Assembly: GCA_963711945.1 (NCBI GenBank)
Contig: CAVQGB010000005.1
Coordinates: 175,664 to 239,663 of the forward strand
DNA from: an uncultured Verrucomicrobiae bacterium
GTDB lineage: Bacteria > Verrucomicrobiota > Verrucomicrobiia > Limisphaerales > UBA11358
DNA: 64,000 nt
Direction: 5' to 3'
Numbering within the stretch: position 1 is the first letter of the stretch; each line of letters starts with the position of its first letter. Position numbers and translations under genes: made by a program. Positions 34,764-44,498 of this stretch are shown here, piece by piece. The notes beneath the pieces were generated by a model. It saw nothing but the letters and a program-made list of their open reading frames with translations, was not told the DNA's origin and ran no database searches.

Positions 34764-36685
34764 GGCGAATTGGTGGGATTGGGATTCAAGTTCAAAAGGT
34801 CGGCGCGAATGGTGTCCTCGAGATTGAATATAACCACGTCGTGCGTGTTCGTCACGAGCAGGATGTATTTGCGCGCGTTGGCGGTGGCGCCGGGAAACAT
34901 CTGGAAATACGCGCGCTGTTTATAGACCGACGGCGCGGCGTTGTAGGCCGCAATCTGGTTGGTGAACAGCGCCGCGCGCGACCATGCGGAGACTTCCGTG
35001 TTCGTCCGCGACGCCTCGGCCTGGCTCACGTCGGCAAACGCCTGCGCGCCGGCCAGGGCGTTGGTCTGGATGGCGTCGGCCACCGCGTTGTTGGTCTCCG
35101 CAATCTGATGCTGGGCGGCGGCGACGACTTGTTCGTAATCACCCGCCACCTTTGCCGGCGGGTGGATATCCTGAACGCCGACAAAAAGGATTTTCACGCC
35201 GAGCCCGCGCTGGTTGGCGTCTTCCTGGATCCGGGTTTTGAGTTGTTGGGCGGCCTCGGCGCGCAGTTGCGAGAGGACTGCGTTCAAATCCACGCCCGAC
35301 AGGTATTGCACCAGGTCGCGCGTGGCAAGATCCTGGAGCAGGTTGCTCTGGCCGGCGTTTTTGTAGGCCCAATCCACCACGTTGGTGATTTGAAACTGCA
35401 CCGGCAGGCTCACGTCAATCAAACCCACCGCGCCCACCTTGTTGATTTCAGCGGGGCTGCCACCCGTGCCGGCGGCGGCGGCGGCCAGGTTGTTGGTGAT
35501 GGTCGCCGGTTCCACATTGCCGACGAGAAAGTTGACCTCCTTGATGCCGGCGTGTGGCGTGCTCCATAAAATCGTCTGGCTCATCTGGCTTTGCGGATCG
35601 GGCGTGAATCCGACGTCAAACGTCTGAATCTGGCCGGTGCGGTAGCGATAAACATGATCCACCGGCCACGGCCAGATCAAGTGCCCGCCGGGATTCAAAA
35701 CCGATCGCTCGGGGTTCTTCAAGTCCACTTGTCCGAAACGTTCCAAGACGCCCTGTTCGCCCGGTTCAATGAACACCACGCAGGTGGACAACAGCAACAC
35801 CACCAGTTGCGCCAGTAACAGCACGGGCAGGCTCTTGCGCATCAACTGGAAAAACCACGTCTCCGAAACCTTGAAGCCAAACTGGTAATCGAGCGTTTGC
35901 GCCGCCGTCGTGACCAAGCTCTCGGGCTGGGCAAGCAGCCCCGCAATCCGGCTGTCGTAAAGCGGTCGCGCCACCTTGCCCTTCAGGCGCGGACGGTAGA
36001 TTTCCAGCAGCAGCGTGACGAGCGTTTCCGCCGCCATCACGCCGAGCAGCACGCAAAAGGCGCGTGCAATCCAGAAATCGGCCCCGGAAAATCCGGTCCT
36101 GACGCCGGCGATGCCCGCCGCCGTGGCAGCGCACACATAAGCGCCCGCCAGCAAATAACTCGCGCCGGGCCGCAGCAGCCGGTGGTCTTCCAGCCGCGCA
36201 ATGGTCACTGAAAACCGGCCCACCAAGAACAGCAGCAGCGCGAAAATGGCGAAGAGCGACAGCGACGCCATCGCCCGGTCCGGCACGATGCCCGCCATCA
36301 ACTTGCCGGTCCAGCGCCAGAGCAGCCACGCGCCGCCGGACTCAAGGACGAACAGCAGCACGGCGAAGCCCGGCACAAAAAATTTCTCAAACTGCTCCCT
36401 GGCGCGGCGCGCCGGGAACACATCCGATTCCTTCGACTCAAACAGCGCCGCTCCGCCGCGGGACCGGGCAAATTCAGCGACCTCCAGCTTTTCCAGCCGC
36501 TCATTTTCCTCCAGCCGCATCTGGAACCAGCTTGCAAACGCCACGAGCACGCCGAGGCCGAGAAAGACCGAGGCGGCCTGGCCGGCCAGCGTATTGGCAT
36601 AAACGGTGGCGGCAAACGCCGCGATGAACACCGCCGCCGCCGCGACCAGATTGACCAGACCGTTTTGTTGGACGTTGCGTTCCAT
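34760..36685 (-). CDS. Polytopic membrane protein fused to a C-terminal SPFH-like domain
   Basis: 641 aa. The first ~300 aa have about 8 hydrophobic helices. Then comes VFIEPGEQGVLERFGQ... (SPFH start) and a coiled-coil-like Ala/Gln-rich tail. Confidence 0.7.
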   Translation of the reverse strand: MERNVQQNGLVNLVAAAAVFIAAFAATVYANTLAGQAASVFLGLGVLVAFASWFQMRLEENERLEKLEVAEFARSRGGAALFESKESDVFPARRAREQFEKFFVPGFAVLLFVLESGGAWLLWRWTGKLMAGIVPDRAMASLSLFAIFALLLFLVGRFSVTIARLEDHRLLRPGASYLLAGAYVCAATAAGIAGVRTGFSGADFWIARAFCVLLGVMAAETLVTLLLEIYRPRLKGKVARPLYDSRIAGLLAQPESLVTTAAQTLDYQFGFKVSETWFFQLMRKSLPVLLLAQLVVLLLSTCVVFIEPGEQGVLERFGQVDLKNPERSVLNPGGHLIWPWPVDHVYRYRTGQIQTFDVGFTPDPQSQMSQTILWSTPHAGIKEVNFLVGNVEPATITNNLAAAAAGTGGSPAEINKVGAVGLIDVSLPVQFQITNVVDWAYKNAGQSNLLQDLATRDLVQYLSGVDLNAVLSQLRAEAAQQLKTRIQEDANQRGLGVKILFVGVQDIHPPAKVAGDYEQVVAAAQHQIAETNNAVADAIQTNALAGAQAFADVSQAEASRTNTEVSAWSRAALFTNQIAAYNAAPSVYKQRAYFQMFPGATANARKYILLVTNTHDVVIFNLEDTIRADLLNLNPNPTNSP

Positions 36686-36693
36686 CGAAATTA

Positions 36694-36721
36694 AAAATGA
36701 AAGATGAAAGATGAAAAACGA
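36694..36721. repeat. Heptanucleotide tandem repeat (AAGATGA, ~4 units) just upstream of the 641-aa SPFH gene
   Basis: AAAATGA AAGATGA AAGATGA AAAACGA is read directly. It lies 9 nt from the start codon at 36685. Confidence 0.75.
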
Positions 36722-36784
36722 AGAAACGGCGCGCGCGGCGGAGCGTTCAACATTTTAATCTTCGATTTTGGATTTTGCATTGAT

Positions 36785-37723
36785 TCAACCCAATTCCCGT
36801 TCCTCAAAAAGCGCCGTGCCGGCGGCCAGCGCCGCGCCCGCGTAACAAACCGCGTAGGCGAACGCCTTGCCGACATAATCCCACTGAAACGTGTTCTTGC
36901 CCGATTCAATGGCGTCGGCAAGCCAGAAAAGCTGCCAGTTTGGAATGACAGTGTAAAGCGTCGAAGCCCACCACGGCCCGCCGCCCCCGATCGTCCCGCC
37001 CGCCTTCGAGTAAAAGTAATCCGACATCAGTCCGACCAGAAAAAATGCCGTGCAGACCGCCAGCGTCGGTATCGTGTCCAGCCGCGTCGAACACGCCAGC
37101 GCCAGCGCCGCCAGAACCAGCAGCGCAAACAGGATCAAAATGCCCGCCGGCAGGAGGTTCCAGTTCACGTGCGCCACCGCGTTTATGCTTTCCCTCTGCT
37201 CGGTGAACCGGAAAATGACGAATGCCGCGAGCGTCGTGAAAAAAAGCATCGCAAAAACCGCGTCGCTCACGAATGGACGGCGCAGGAAGAAATTGCTGAA
37301 ACCCGCCAGCCCGTAGGCCAGCGCGACGCCCCCCGCGAAAATGCCCACGGCGGCCATGTCGGTGCTGCCATAGGCGTCGAACGCCATGCGGCTGGCCAGC
37401 AGCACGCCGAGCATGTTGACGTAAGTCAGCACCACCAGCGCCGCGGCCACGCCGGCGTATTTCGCCAGCAAAAACTGCGCGCGTCCGACCGGCTTGGATA
37501 ACACGGCCAGCGCCGTGCCGGTGCGGATTTCCCGCGCGAGCGACGCCGACGCGCTCAAGACCGCGCCGAACAACCCGGACAGCAGCATCACCGCCAGCAC
37601 GGAATTTTCCACCAGCTTCGGCTCGTCGCCGAACGCGAAATAATACGGCACGGCAAGAAAGAGCTCGAACAGCACGGAGCCGGTCAGCAGCAGCAGAAAA
37701 ACCGGCTGCCGGATCAATTCCAT
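36785..37723 (-). CDS. ABC-2-like permease / polytopic membrane protein (no cognate ATPase adjacent)
   Basis: The internal ATG at 37723 gives MELIRQPVFLLLLTGSVLFELFLAV...AREIRTGTALAVLSKPVGRAQFLLAKYAG... (ABC-2 permease-like signature). There are 6-7 helices. Confidence 0.6.
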   Translation of the reverse strand: MELIRQPVFLLLLTGSVLFELFLAVPYYFAFGDEPKLVENSVLAVMLLSGLFGAVLSASASLAREIRTGTALAVLSKPVGRAQFLLAKYAGVAAALVVLTYVNMLGVLLASRMAFDAYGSTDMAAVGIFAGGVALAYGLAGFSNFFLRRPFVSDAVFAMLFFTTLAAFVIFRFTEQRESINAVAHVNWNLLPAGILILFALLVLAALALACSTRLDTIPTLAVCTAFFLVGLMSDYFYSKAGGTIGGGGPWWASTLYTVIPNWQLFWLADAIESGKNTFQWDYVGKAFAYAVCYAGAALAAGTALFEERELG

Positions 37724-37892
37724 GAACGCGTTGACCGCAATGTTGCCAAAATTGTCGCATGAACAGGCCGGATAGTTTAGGCGCCGGAATAAAAATTGCC
37801 AGCCGTTATTCCTTCCAGGCGTCAACGTCCAAATGGATTTCCCATGAATTGAGCGTGGGAACGGCGATTTCGTTCAAAATCAGGCTGAAATT

Positions 37893-38498
37893 TCAACGGT
37901 CCGGGGTGCCTTTGATTTTGGCCCAAAGATTCTGATGCCACCTCTGAAGCACCTTTACAAAGGCTGAATCCAGTCGCGAACTGATGATCTCGACAAACCA
38001 ATAACCTCTTTTCACGGCCAGCCACAGTGCAGCCATGAAGATGACAATGAAAATCGTTTGGTTTTGCCAGCCGTCCAGCTTCCATTGATGCTTCCAAAAC
38101 CAGATGGGATGGCGGAAAAGCGGCTCGGAATAACAAATCGGCCACAAATCGCCCGGCGCCGGTCCGCGCGAACCGACGAGATCGCACAGCAGATGCAAAT
38201 GAAAGGTGAGCAAGCAAAGCAGCAACACTCGCTGTCGCTGTTCGGCATAAAGCGCAAACAAAATTGAAACCACAACTGCTGCCGGCCAGCCGTGCAGCAG
38301 CAGGTGATGATACGTCTGATAATAATGGAACGTGCATTCCTTGCCTGAAATCCACGAACCGACGACATCAGGAATGATGCCGAGGCCGTCGGCATCGGGC
38401 AAAACTCCGGCCAACGTCACCAGCTTGCGATCCCGCGGATTGTTGGTTGTTGCCGACGCCACCAGCCAGCTTCCAATCAAATGGACTACTGGCGACAT
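37893..38498 (-). CDS. Membrane-bound metal-dependent hydrolase (YdjM/DUF457-like)
   Basis: MSPVVHLIGSWLVA...HHLLLHGW...LTFHLHLLCDLVG. His-rich TM helices are typical of this family. Confidence 0.65.
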   Translation of the reverse strand: MSPVVHLIGSWLVASATTNNPRDRKLVTLAGVLPDADGLGIIPDVVGSWISGKECTFHYYQTYHHLLLHGWPAAVVVSILFALYAEQRQRVLLLCLLTFHLHLLCDLVGSRGPAPGDLWPICYSEPLFRHPIWFWKHQWKLDGWQNQTIFIVIFMAALWLAVKRGYWFVEIISSRLDSAFVKVLQRWHQNLWAKIKGTPDR

Positions 38499-38737
38499 GG
38501 CTTACTTCATCGCCCGGGCGATGCTGTTCCACCAGGCGTCGTGCAAGTTCGGTGAGCGGAGCGGAGAATTCGCCTGCTGGCGGTTTTCACCGTCAGCTTG
38601 TCGCCGCCGACCTTGCCGATTTGCACCGCCGGCACGCCCATCAGTTTGGCGCGTTCCACGACTTTCACCGCGTCGAGCGGCTTTGCAACTGATGACGATG
38701 CGCGATTGCGTTTCGCCGAACAGCAGCGCATCCAATC

Positions 38738-38805
38738 GGTGGGGCGAGGCTCCTGACGAGCCGTCGTCCGCCTGCCCATCGGATCGCGAGGACGCTCGCC
38801 CCACC
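38738..38805. repeat. Palindromic repeat (GGTGGGGCGAGGCT...GACGCTCGCCCCACC family) inside purL
   Basis: GGTGGGGCGAGGCTCCTGACGAGCCGTCGTCCGCCTGCCCATCGGATCGCGAGGACGCTCGCCCCACC. Its termini are identical to the copy at 10428-10476. It is translated as SVGRASSRSDGQADDGSSGASPHR. Confidence 0.8.
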
Positions 38806-40457
38806 GATGACAAATCAATCGTCGCGCCAATCAGCCGCGGCGTCTCGCGGGCGACGAGCTGGCTGATGCAGCTTTCGGCCAGGCACACCGCCAGGCCGCC
38901 TTCGCTGCAATCATGCGCGCTTTTCACCACAGCCGGATTGAATCAAGCCGAGCAGCGTCGTGTGCAAGGTTCTTCGCCTGTTTCCAGATCGCAGCGCGGC
39001 GGCGTGCCGGTTTTCTTTCCGTGAATCGCCTGCAAATACGCCGAGCCGCCCAGACCGAGAATCGGGTCGGCTTTGTCCACGATTTCGCCGAGCAAAATGA
39101 TCGCGTCGCCCTCGTCCTTGAACCATTGCGTCGTGACGTGCTCCGGTTTTTCAATCAGGCCCACCACCACCACCGTCGGCGTCGGGTCAATCGGGCCGTT
39201 CGGGCTTTGGTTGTAGAGCGAGCAATTGCCGCCGGTGACCGGCGCGTTGAACGCCCGGCAAGCCTCGGCCAGTCCGCGCACGGATTCCTTGATTTGCCAG
39301 AACAACTCCGGCTTCATCGGGCTGGGCATGTTGAGATTGTCGGTCGTGCCCAGCGGCACCGCGCCGGAACAGGCCAGGTTGCGGCACGCCTCGGCCACCA
39401 CAATCTTCGCGCCTTCGTAGGGATCGAGATAAACGTAAGTGCCGTTGCCGTCCGACGTGAGGGCGATGAGTTTTTCGGGCGTGGATTTTGCCGCCGGCTA
39501 ATTCGGGCAGCGAATCGGTCTTGATGCGCAGCACCGCCGCGTCGCTGCCGGGACAAACCACCGAGCCGTCGCGCACCATGTGGTCGTATTGGCGGTAAAC
39601 CCAGTTCTTCGACGCGATGGTCGGCCACGCGAGCAGCTTCTTCAAATCGCCAGCGGCGATCTTGCGTGTCGGCGATTCCATCCAGCCGGAACGCGCGGAC
39701 TTCCTTCAAATACTCCGGCTCGCTGCGCCTCGCGCTGGTAAATCGGCGATTCGTCGGCAATTTTCTTCGCCGGAATGTCGGCGACAATTTTTCCGCCGTG
39801 GCGCACGACCATCCGGCCCGTGTCGGTGACGAATGCCGATTTCCGACCACGGCAAATCCCATTTGTCGAAAATCCGCTTCACTTCCTCCTCGCGGCCTTT
39901 GTGGACGATGATGAGCATGCGCTCCTGCGATTCGCTCAGCATGATTTCGTAGCTGGTCATGTTCGGCGCGCGCTGCGGCACCTTGTCCAGTTCGATTTCG
40001 ATGCCCGTGCCGGCGCGCGCGGCCGTTTCGCAGGTGGAGCAGGTCAAGCCCGCCGCGCCCATGTCCTGAATGCCCGCGACCGCGCCGGTGGCGAGCAATT
40101 CGAGGCAGGCTTCGCAGACGAGTTTTTCCATGAACGGATCGCCCACCTGCACCGCGCCGCGCTGTTGCTCGGCGGATTCCTCGGTCAAATCCTGCGACGC
40201 AAACGCCGCGCCCGCCAGGCCGTCGCGACCCGTGGCCGGGCCGACGTAGAAAACCGGATTGCCGATGCCCTTGGCCGCGCCGCGCGCGATTTGTTCGTGG
40301 CGCAGCACGCCGAGGCAGAAGGCGTTCACGAGCGGATTGCCTTCGTAGGATTTGTCGAAATAAACCTCGCCCGCGATGGTCGGGATGCCGAAGCAATTGC
40401 CGTAATGCGCGATGCCCGCCACGACGCCGGCAAACAGGCGGCGGTTGTTCTGAATCT

Positions 40458-40591
40458 GGGGAGCACACGCGCCCTCGCGTGTGGCCGACAACGCCCCGTC
40501 GTCGGCACAATGCCGCCACCGCGCGTTGCGTCTCGCGCGTGGGCGCGCTCGGCGCGGTTGATGAGGCGTCAACCGCCACAGCCGGGTCGGC
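40458..40591. repeat. ~134-nt palindromic element inside purL (related to the 10896-11086 element)
   Basis: GGGGAGCACACGCGCCCTCGCGTG...GGCTGTGCTCCCC. Compare GGGAGCGCACGCGCCTCGCGTG in the intergenic element. It lies between the conserved PurL segments SLRFGPI and [13 protein letters not shown], and the reading frame changes across it. Confidence 0.7.
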
Positions 40592-41059
40592 TGTGCTCCC
40601 CATTCCATTTCCGCATTCCGTGATCGGCCCAAACCGCAGCGAGTTCACCGCGCAAATCGGCCGCGCGCCCATCGTGAAAATGTCGCGCACGATGCCGCCG
40701 ACGCCGGTGGCCGCGCCTTGAAACGGCTCGACCGCGCTGGGATGATTGTGCGACTCGATCTTGAACGCGATGGCCATGCCGTCGCCGATGTCAATGATGC
40801 CGGCGTTTTCCTCGCCCGCGCCGACGAGGATTTTCGGCGACTTGGTGGGAAAGGTCTTGAGCAGCGGGCGCGTGTTTTTGTAGCTGCAATGCTCGCTCCA
40901 CATGACGGAGAAAATGCCCAGCTCGGTGTAGCTCGGCGTGCGGCCGAGGACTTCCTTGACATGGGTGTATTCCTCCGGCGTGAGGTTGTGCTTCGCGACG
41001 AGTTCGGGGGTGATGGCGGGTTCGGTCATGGCAAAACTTTTGGTTCTGAGTGAAATGAT

Positions 41060-41680
41060 TTACGCCCAGAAGGGAACGTATTCCGTAAATTTCTTGGACT
41101 TATTATCTGGGTTGGCTGGCTTGATTCTCTTAAGAGAAATCGCCTCCTGAATCAGATTAGAAACCATTGAGCGTTGCTTTTCGGGCATTTTCAATCGTTC
41201 TCGAAGTGATTTGTTTGTCATTGCACTGTGCAACATCAATGTTCCAATCTCCTGTCGTGACGCTTGCCGTGTTGTGCCACCAGAACGGATAAAGGCAGTC
41301 TCCAAACTTTTCCCACGAATATGAACCGGCTTGACCGAAGCTTCTGGAACATGAACGAACAACAGCGAAACGGATTCATAATCTTCCACTGCGTGATCCA
41401 GTGAAACAGATGGCTCAACGCCCTGCCGCCCAATATTCGCAAGTTGATTGATGGTTGTCTGAACTACTTCTTCTGATATTGCGTGCGGAATCCCTGAAGC
41501 ATCGACGCCATTTACCAAAAAGCCTCCACCGGGATAATTGGCGAGCGCAGACAAATGTTCTGCCAGCCGATTCTTGTCAGGCGACAATGCGGCCTTCCAG
41601 TCCAGTTCGTTCAACTCGTGCTTCGGTTGTTCGAGGCTGGCCTTCAGCAAACCCATCGCTCGGCTTACCCAGTTCTTCAT
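41060..41680 (-). CDS. AlbA_2/Schlafen-like putative DNA-binding protein (short form), low-GC insertion between purQ and purL
   Basis: LEQPKHELNELDWKAALSPDKNRLAEHLSALANYPGGGFLVNGVD...LLFVHVPEA...PVHIRG resembles the AlbA_2 domain. The C-terminal SLRERLKMPEKQRSMVSNLIQEAISLKRIK...YVPFWA is wHTH-like. The flanks are AT-rich. Confidence 0.5.
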   Translation of the reverse strand: MKNWVSRAMGLLKASLEQPKHELNELDWKAALSPDKNRLAEHLSALANYPGGGFLVNGVDASGIPHAISEEVVQTTINQLANIGRQGVEPSVSLDHAVEDYESVSLLFVHVPEASVKPVHIRGKSLETAFIRSGGTTRQASRQEIGTLMLHSAMTNKSLRERLKMPEKQRSMVSNLIQEAISLKRIKPANPDNKSKKFTEYVPFWA

Positions 41681-41773
41681 TGTGACGTTTTCAACTCAAA
41701 TAACAACAATCTTAAAATCAACAACTTAAGCGCGACATGCATTTTTAATTTAATTAAAAATTCCTGCTATAGC

Positions 41774-42484
41774 TCACGCCGCTTTCGCCGCGGTTTTCTT
41801 TTTCAGCGCGGCGAAGATGCTTTCGAAAATCCATTTGCCGTCGTCGCTGCCGAGCGCGAGTTCGCTGGCGCGTTCGGGATGCGGCATCAGGCCGGCCACG
41901 TTGCGGCGTTCGTTGCAGATGCCGGCGATGTTCTGCACCGCGCCGTTGGGATTCGCGGTGTCGGTCAGGTTTCCGCTGGCGTCGCAGTATTGCCAGAGGA
42001 TTTGGTTGTTGGCCTTGAGCTTCGCCAGCGTTTCTTCGTCGGCAAAATAGCAGCCTTCGCCGTGGGCGATGGGCACGCGGAGGATTTTTCCCGCCGGAAT
42101 CTGGTTCGTGAACGGCGAGTCGGGCGTGGCGGTTTTCAGGAAAATGTGTTCGCAGTGGAATTGCAAATCGCGGTTGCGGATGAGCGCGCCGGGCAGCAGG
42201 CCGGCTTCGGTGAGAACTTGAAAGCCGTTGCAGATGCCGAGGACGAGGCCGCCGTTGTCGGCGAATTGTTTCACGGCCTGCATCACCGGGCTGAACCGCG
42301 CGATCGCGCCGCAGCGCAGATAATCGCCGTAGCTGAAGCCGCCGGGCACGATGACGCAGTCGGCGTCGCCGAGGGAATTTTCCTTGTGCCAGACGTAGCG
42401 CGCGGAATGGCCGAGCAGCCGGACGGCGTGGATGGCGTCCTGGTCGCAGTTGCTGGCGGGAAATTGGAGAACGGCAAAGTTCAT
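41774..42484 (-). CDS. purQ: Phosphoribosylformylglycinamidine synthase glutamine amidotransferase subunit PurQ
   Basis: MNFAVLQFPASNCDQD...VPGGFSYGDYLR...GICNGFQVLTEAGLLPG...MPHPER (Cys-His-Glu triad context). Confidence 0.95.
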   Translation of the reverse strand: MNFAVLQFPASNCDQDAIHAVRLLGHSARYVWHKENSLGDADCVIVPGGFSYGDYLRCGAIARFSPVMQAVKQFADNGGLVLGICNGFQVLTEAGLLPGALIRNRDLQFHCEHIFLKTATPDSPFTNQIPAGKILRVPIAHGEGCYFADEETLAKLKANNQILWQYCDASGNLTDTANPNGAVQNIAGICNERRNVAGLMPHPERASELALGSDDGKWIFESIFAALKKKTAAKAA

Positions 42485-42577
42485 AGCGTTACATGTTACG
42501 ATCGAGTGACCGAAGACAGCAGAAGATGACGATCGACAATTCCATCTCTGCGCCTCTGCGCCATCTGCGGCTCAAGT

Positions 42578-42820
42578 TCATTCGATTTCCAGTTTGTAAT
42601 CTTCGATCACCGGGTTGCTCAAAAACTTGTGCGCCGCGTCGTTCAACGCCTGCTGCGCGGCGGCCTTGTCCGCGCCGGGCGCGAGGTCAATCTCGATGTA
42701 TTTGCCGATGTGGACGCCGGTGACGCCGCGTGTAGCCCATTTGTTCGAGGGCGTTCTGGACGGTTTTGCCCTGCGGATCAAGCACGGCCTTCTTGGGGTG
42801 ATGATAATTTTTGCTTTCAT
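42578..42820 (-). pseudogene. purS: PurS (FGAM synthase small subunit) with an apparent compensating frameshift pair
   Basis: The ORF is open (80 aa), but residues ~9-33 (PRRPCLIRRAKPSRTPSNKWATRGV) do not look like PurS. The adjacent frame reads PKKAVLDPQGKTVQNALEQMGYT, the conserved PurS segment. The ends MKAKIIIT and GVHIGKYIEIDL...NPVIEDYKLEIE fit PurS. Confidence 0.75.
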
Positions 42821-42927
42821 TCGCGCGCACGGAAGATTGCAAAAAATTCCGCCGCCGGGCGAGCAATTTTTGATTTTCCGCGCAACGAGCGTTGAATTTG
42901 CCCGCCGCTTGCGCCATTGTTCTGGTC

Positions 42928-44485
42928 ATGGCTGACACCAAACAAGCCGAGGAAACACCGGGCAACGGCATCGGCGCGGAACGCAAGGCGCCGGAACCCT
43001 GCACCATCGTCATCTTCGGCGCGAGCGGCGATCTGACGGCGCGCAAGCTGATTCCCGCGCTTTACCATCTGTTCAAGGACAAGCAGATGCCGCCGGCATT
43101 CCGCATCGTCGGCTTTGCGCGGCGCGAAAAGACCGACGAATCGTGGCGGCAGGAATTGCGCGCGGCGCTCGACCAGTTTTCCCGCACCAAACCCGTGGAC
43201 GAAAAGGTCTGGAAGGAATTCGCCGCGAACATGTTTTATTGCCAGGGCGACCTCACCGACGCCGCGGCCTACAAAAAACTGGAGGAACTGCTGACCTCGT
43301 TCGGCAGCGGGCCGTTGCGGGAAAACCTGCTGTTTTATCTCGCCACGCAGCCGAGCCAGTTCGGCCAGGTCGTCGAGGAACTGCATCGCGCCGGCGCTGC
43401 TGCACAAGGAGGGCGCCGGCTGGCAGCGCATCGTCGTCGAGAAACCGTTCGGCCACGACCTCGCCTCCGCGCACGCGCTGAACAACGAACTGACCCGCTA
43501 CGCCCACGAAAGCCAGGTCTGCCGCATTGACCATTATCTCGGCAAGGAAACGGTGCAGAACATTTTGATGTTCCGCTTTTCCAATTCGATTTTCGAGCGG
43601 CTCTGGAACCGCGAATCCGTGGACCACGTCCAGATCACCGTCAGCGAAAAACTCGGCGTCGGCGAGCGCGGCGGTTATTACGAGGAGGCCGGCGCGCTGC
43701 GCGACATGGTGCAAAACCACATGCTGCAGGTGCTTTCGCTCATCGCCATGGAACCGCCCGTGTCGCTCGAAGCCGAATCCGTCCGCGACGAAAAGGTGAA
43801 GCTGCTCAAATCCATCCGCCCGCTCACGCCGGACGATGTCGCCAAACAGGTCGTGCGCGGACAATACTTCGCCGGCGTCGTGAACGGCCAGCCGCGCCCC
43901 GGCTACCGGCAGGAGACCAAGGTGAAACCGGATTCCAACGTCGAAACCTACGTCGCGCTGAAGCTCTTCATTGACAACTGGCGCTGGAGCGGCGTGCCGT
44001 TTTATTTGCGCACCGGCAAAAATCTGCCGATGAGCGCCAGCGAAGTGCGGATTCAATTCCGTCCCACGCCGAACGTCCTGTTCGCCGCGCAATGCGGACA
44101 ACACCTTGACGCCAACGCGCTCACGCTGCGCCTGCAGCCGAACGAAGGCATTTCCCTGCGCTTCAACGGCAAGGTTCCCGGCATGAGCCTCGGCGTGCGG
44201 CCCGTGCGGATGCACTTCAGCTACGACGCCGAGTTCGGCGCCTACACGCCGGAAGCCTACGAACGCCTGCTGCTCGAAGCCATCGCCGGCGACGCGACGC
44301 TCTTCATCCGCCGCGACGAAGTGGAAACCGCGTGGCAGATCGTGGACTCCATCCGCGCCGGCTGGGACGGCAAGCCGCTGACGAACCGCGAATTTTACGC
44401 CGCCGGAACGTGGGGGCCGATTGCCGCCGACGATTTGCTCGCGCAACTCGGCCACGCCTGGCACGAGCCGCAGGTGATAAAATAA
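42928..44485 (+). pseudogene. zwf: Glucose-6-phosphate 1-dehydrogenase with one frameshift near 43396
   Basis: VIFGASGDLTARKLIPALY (NADP motif) lies in ORF 42892..43530. LLHKEGAGWQRIVVEKPFGHDL...RIDHYLGKE...EPP... continues in the frame of ORF 43553..44485. One extra G lies in GCCGGC-G-CTGCTG. Confidence 0.9.
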
Positions 44486-44498
44486 TTGCCGATCGCAA

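Larger units (their letters stand above)
38502..41029 (-). pseudogene. purL: Phosphoribosylformylglycinamidine synthase subunit PurL, fragmented by at least 6 frameshifts and carrying two repeat insertions
   Basis: PurL sequence is distributed over ORFs 39314..41029 ([21 protein letters not shown]...[21 protein letters not shown]), 39706..40632 ([17 protein letters not shown]...), 39187..39681, 38943..39401 (DNLNMPSP...), 38911..39126 and 38502..38930. One shift sits in the T5/G3 run at 39471-39479. Confidence 0.9.
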
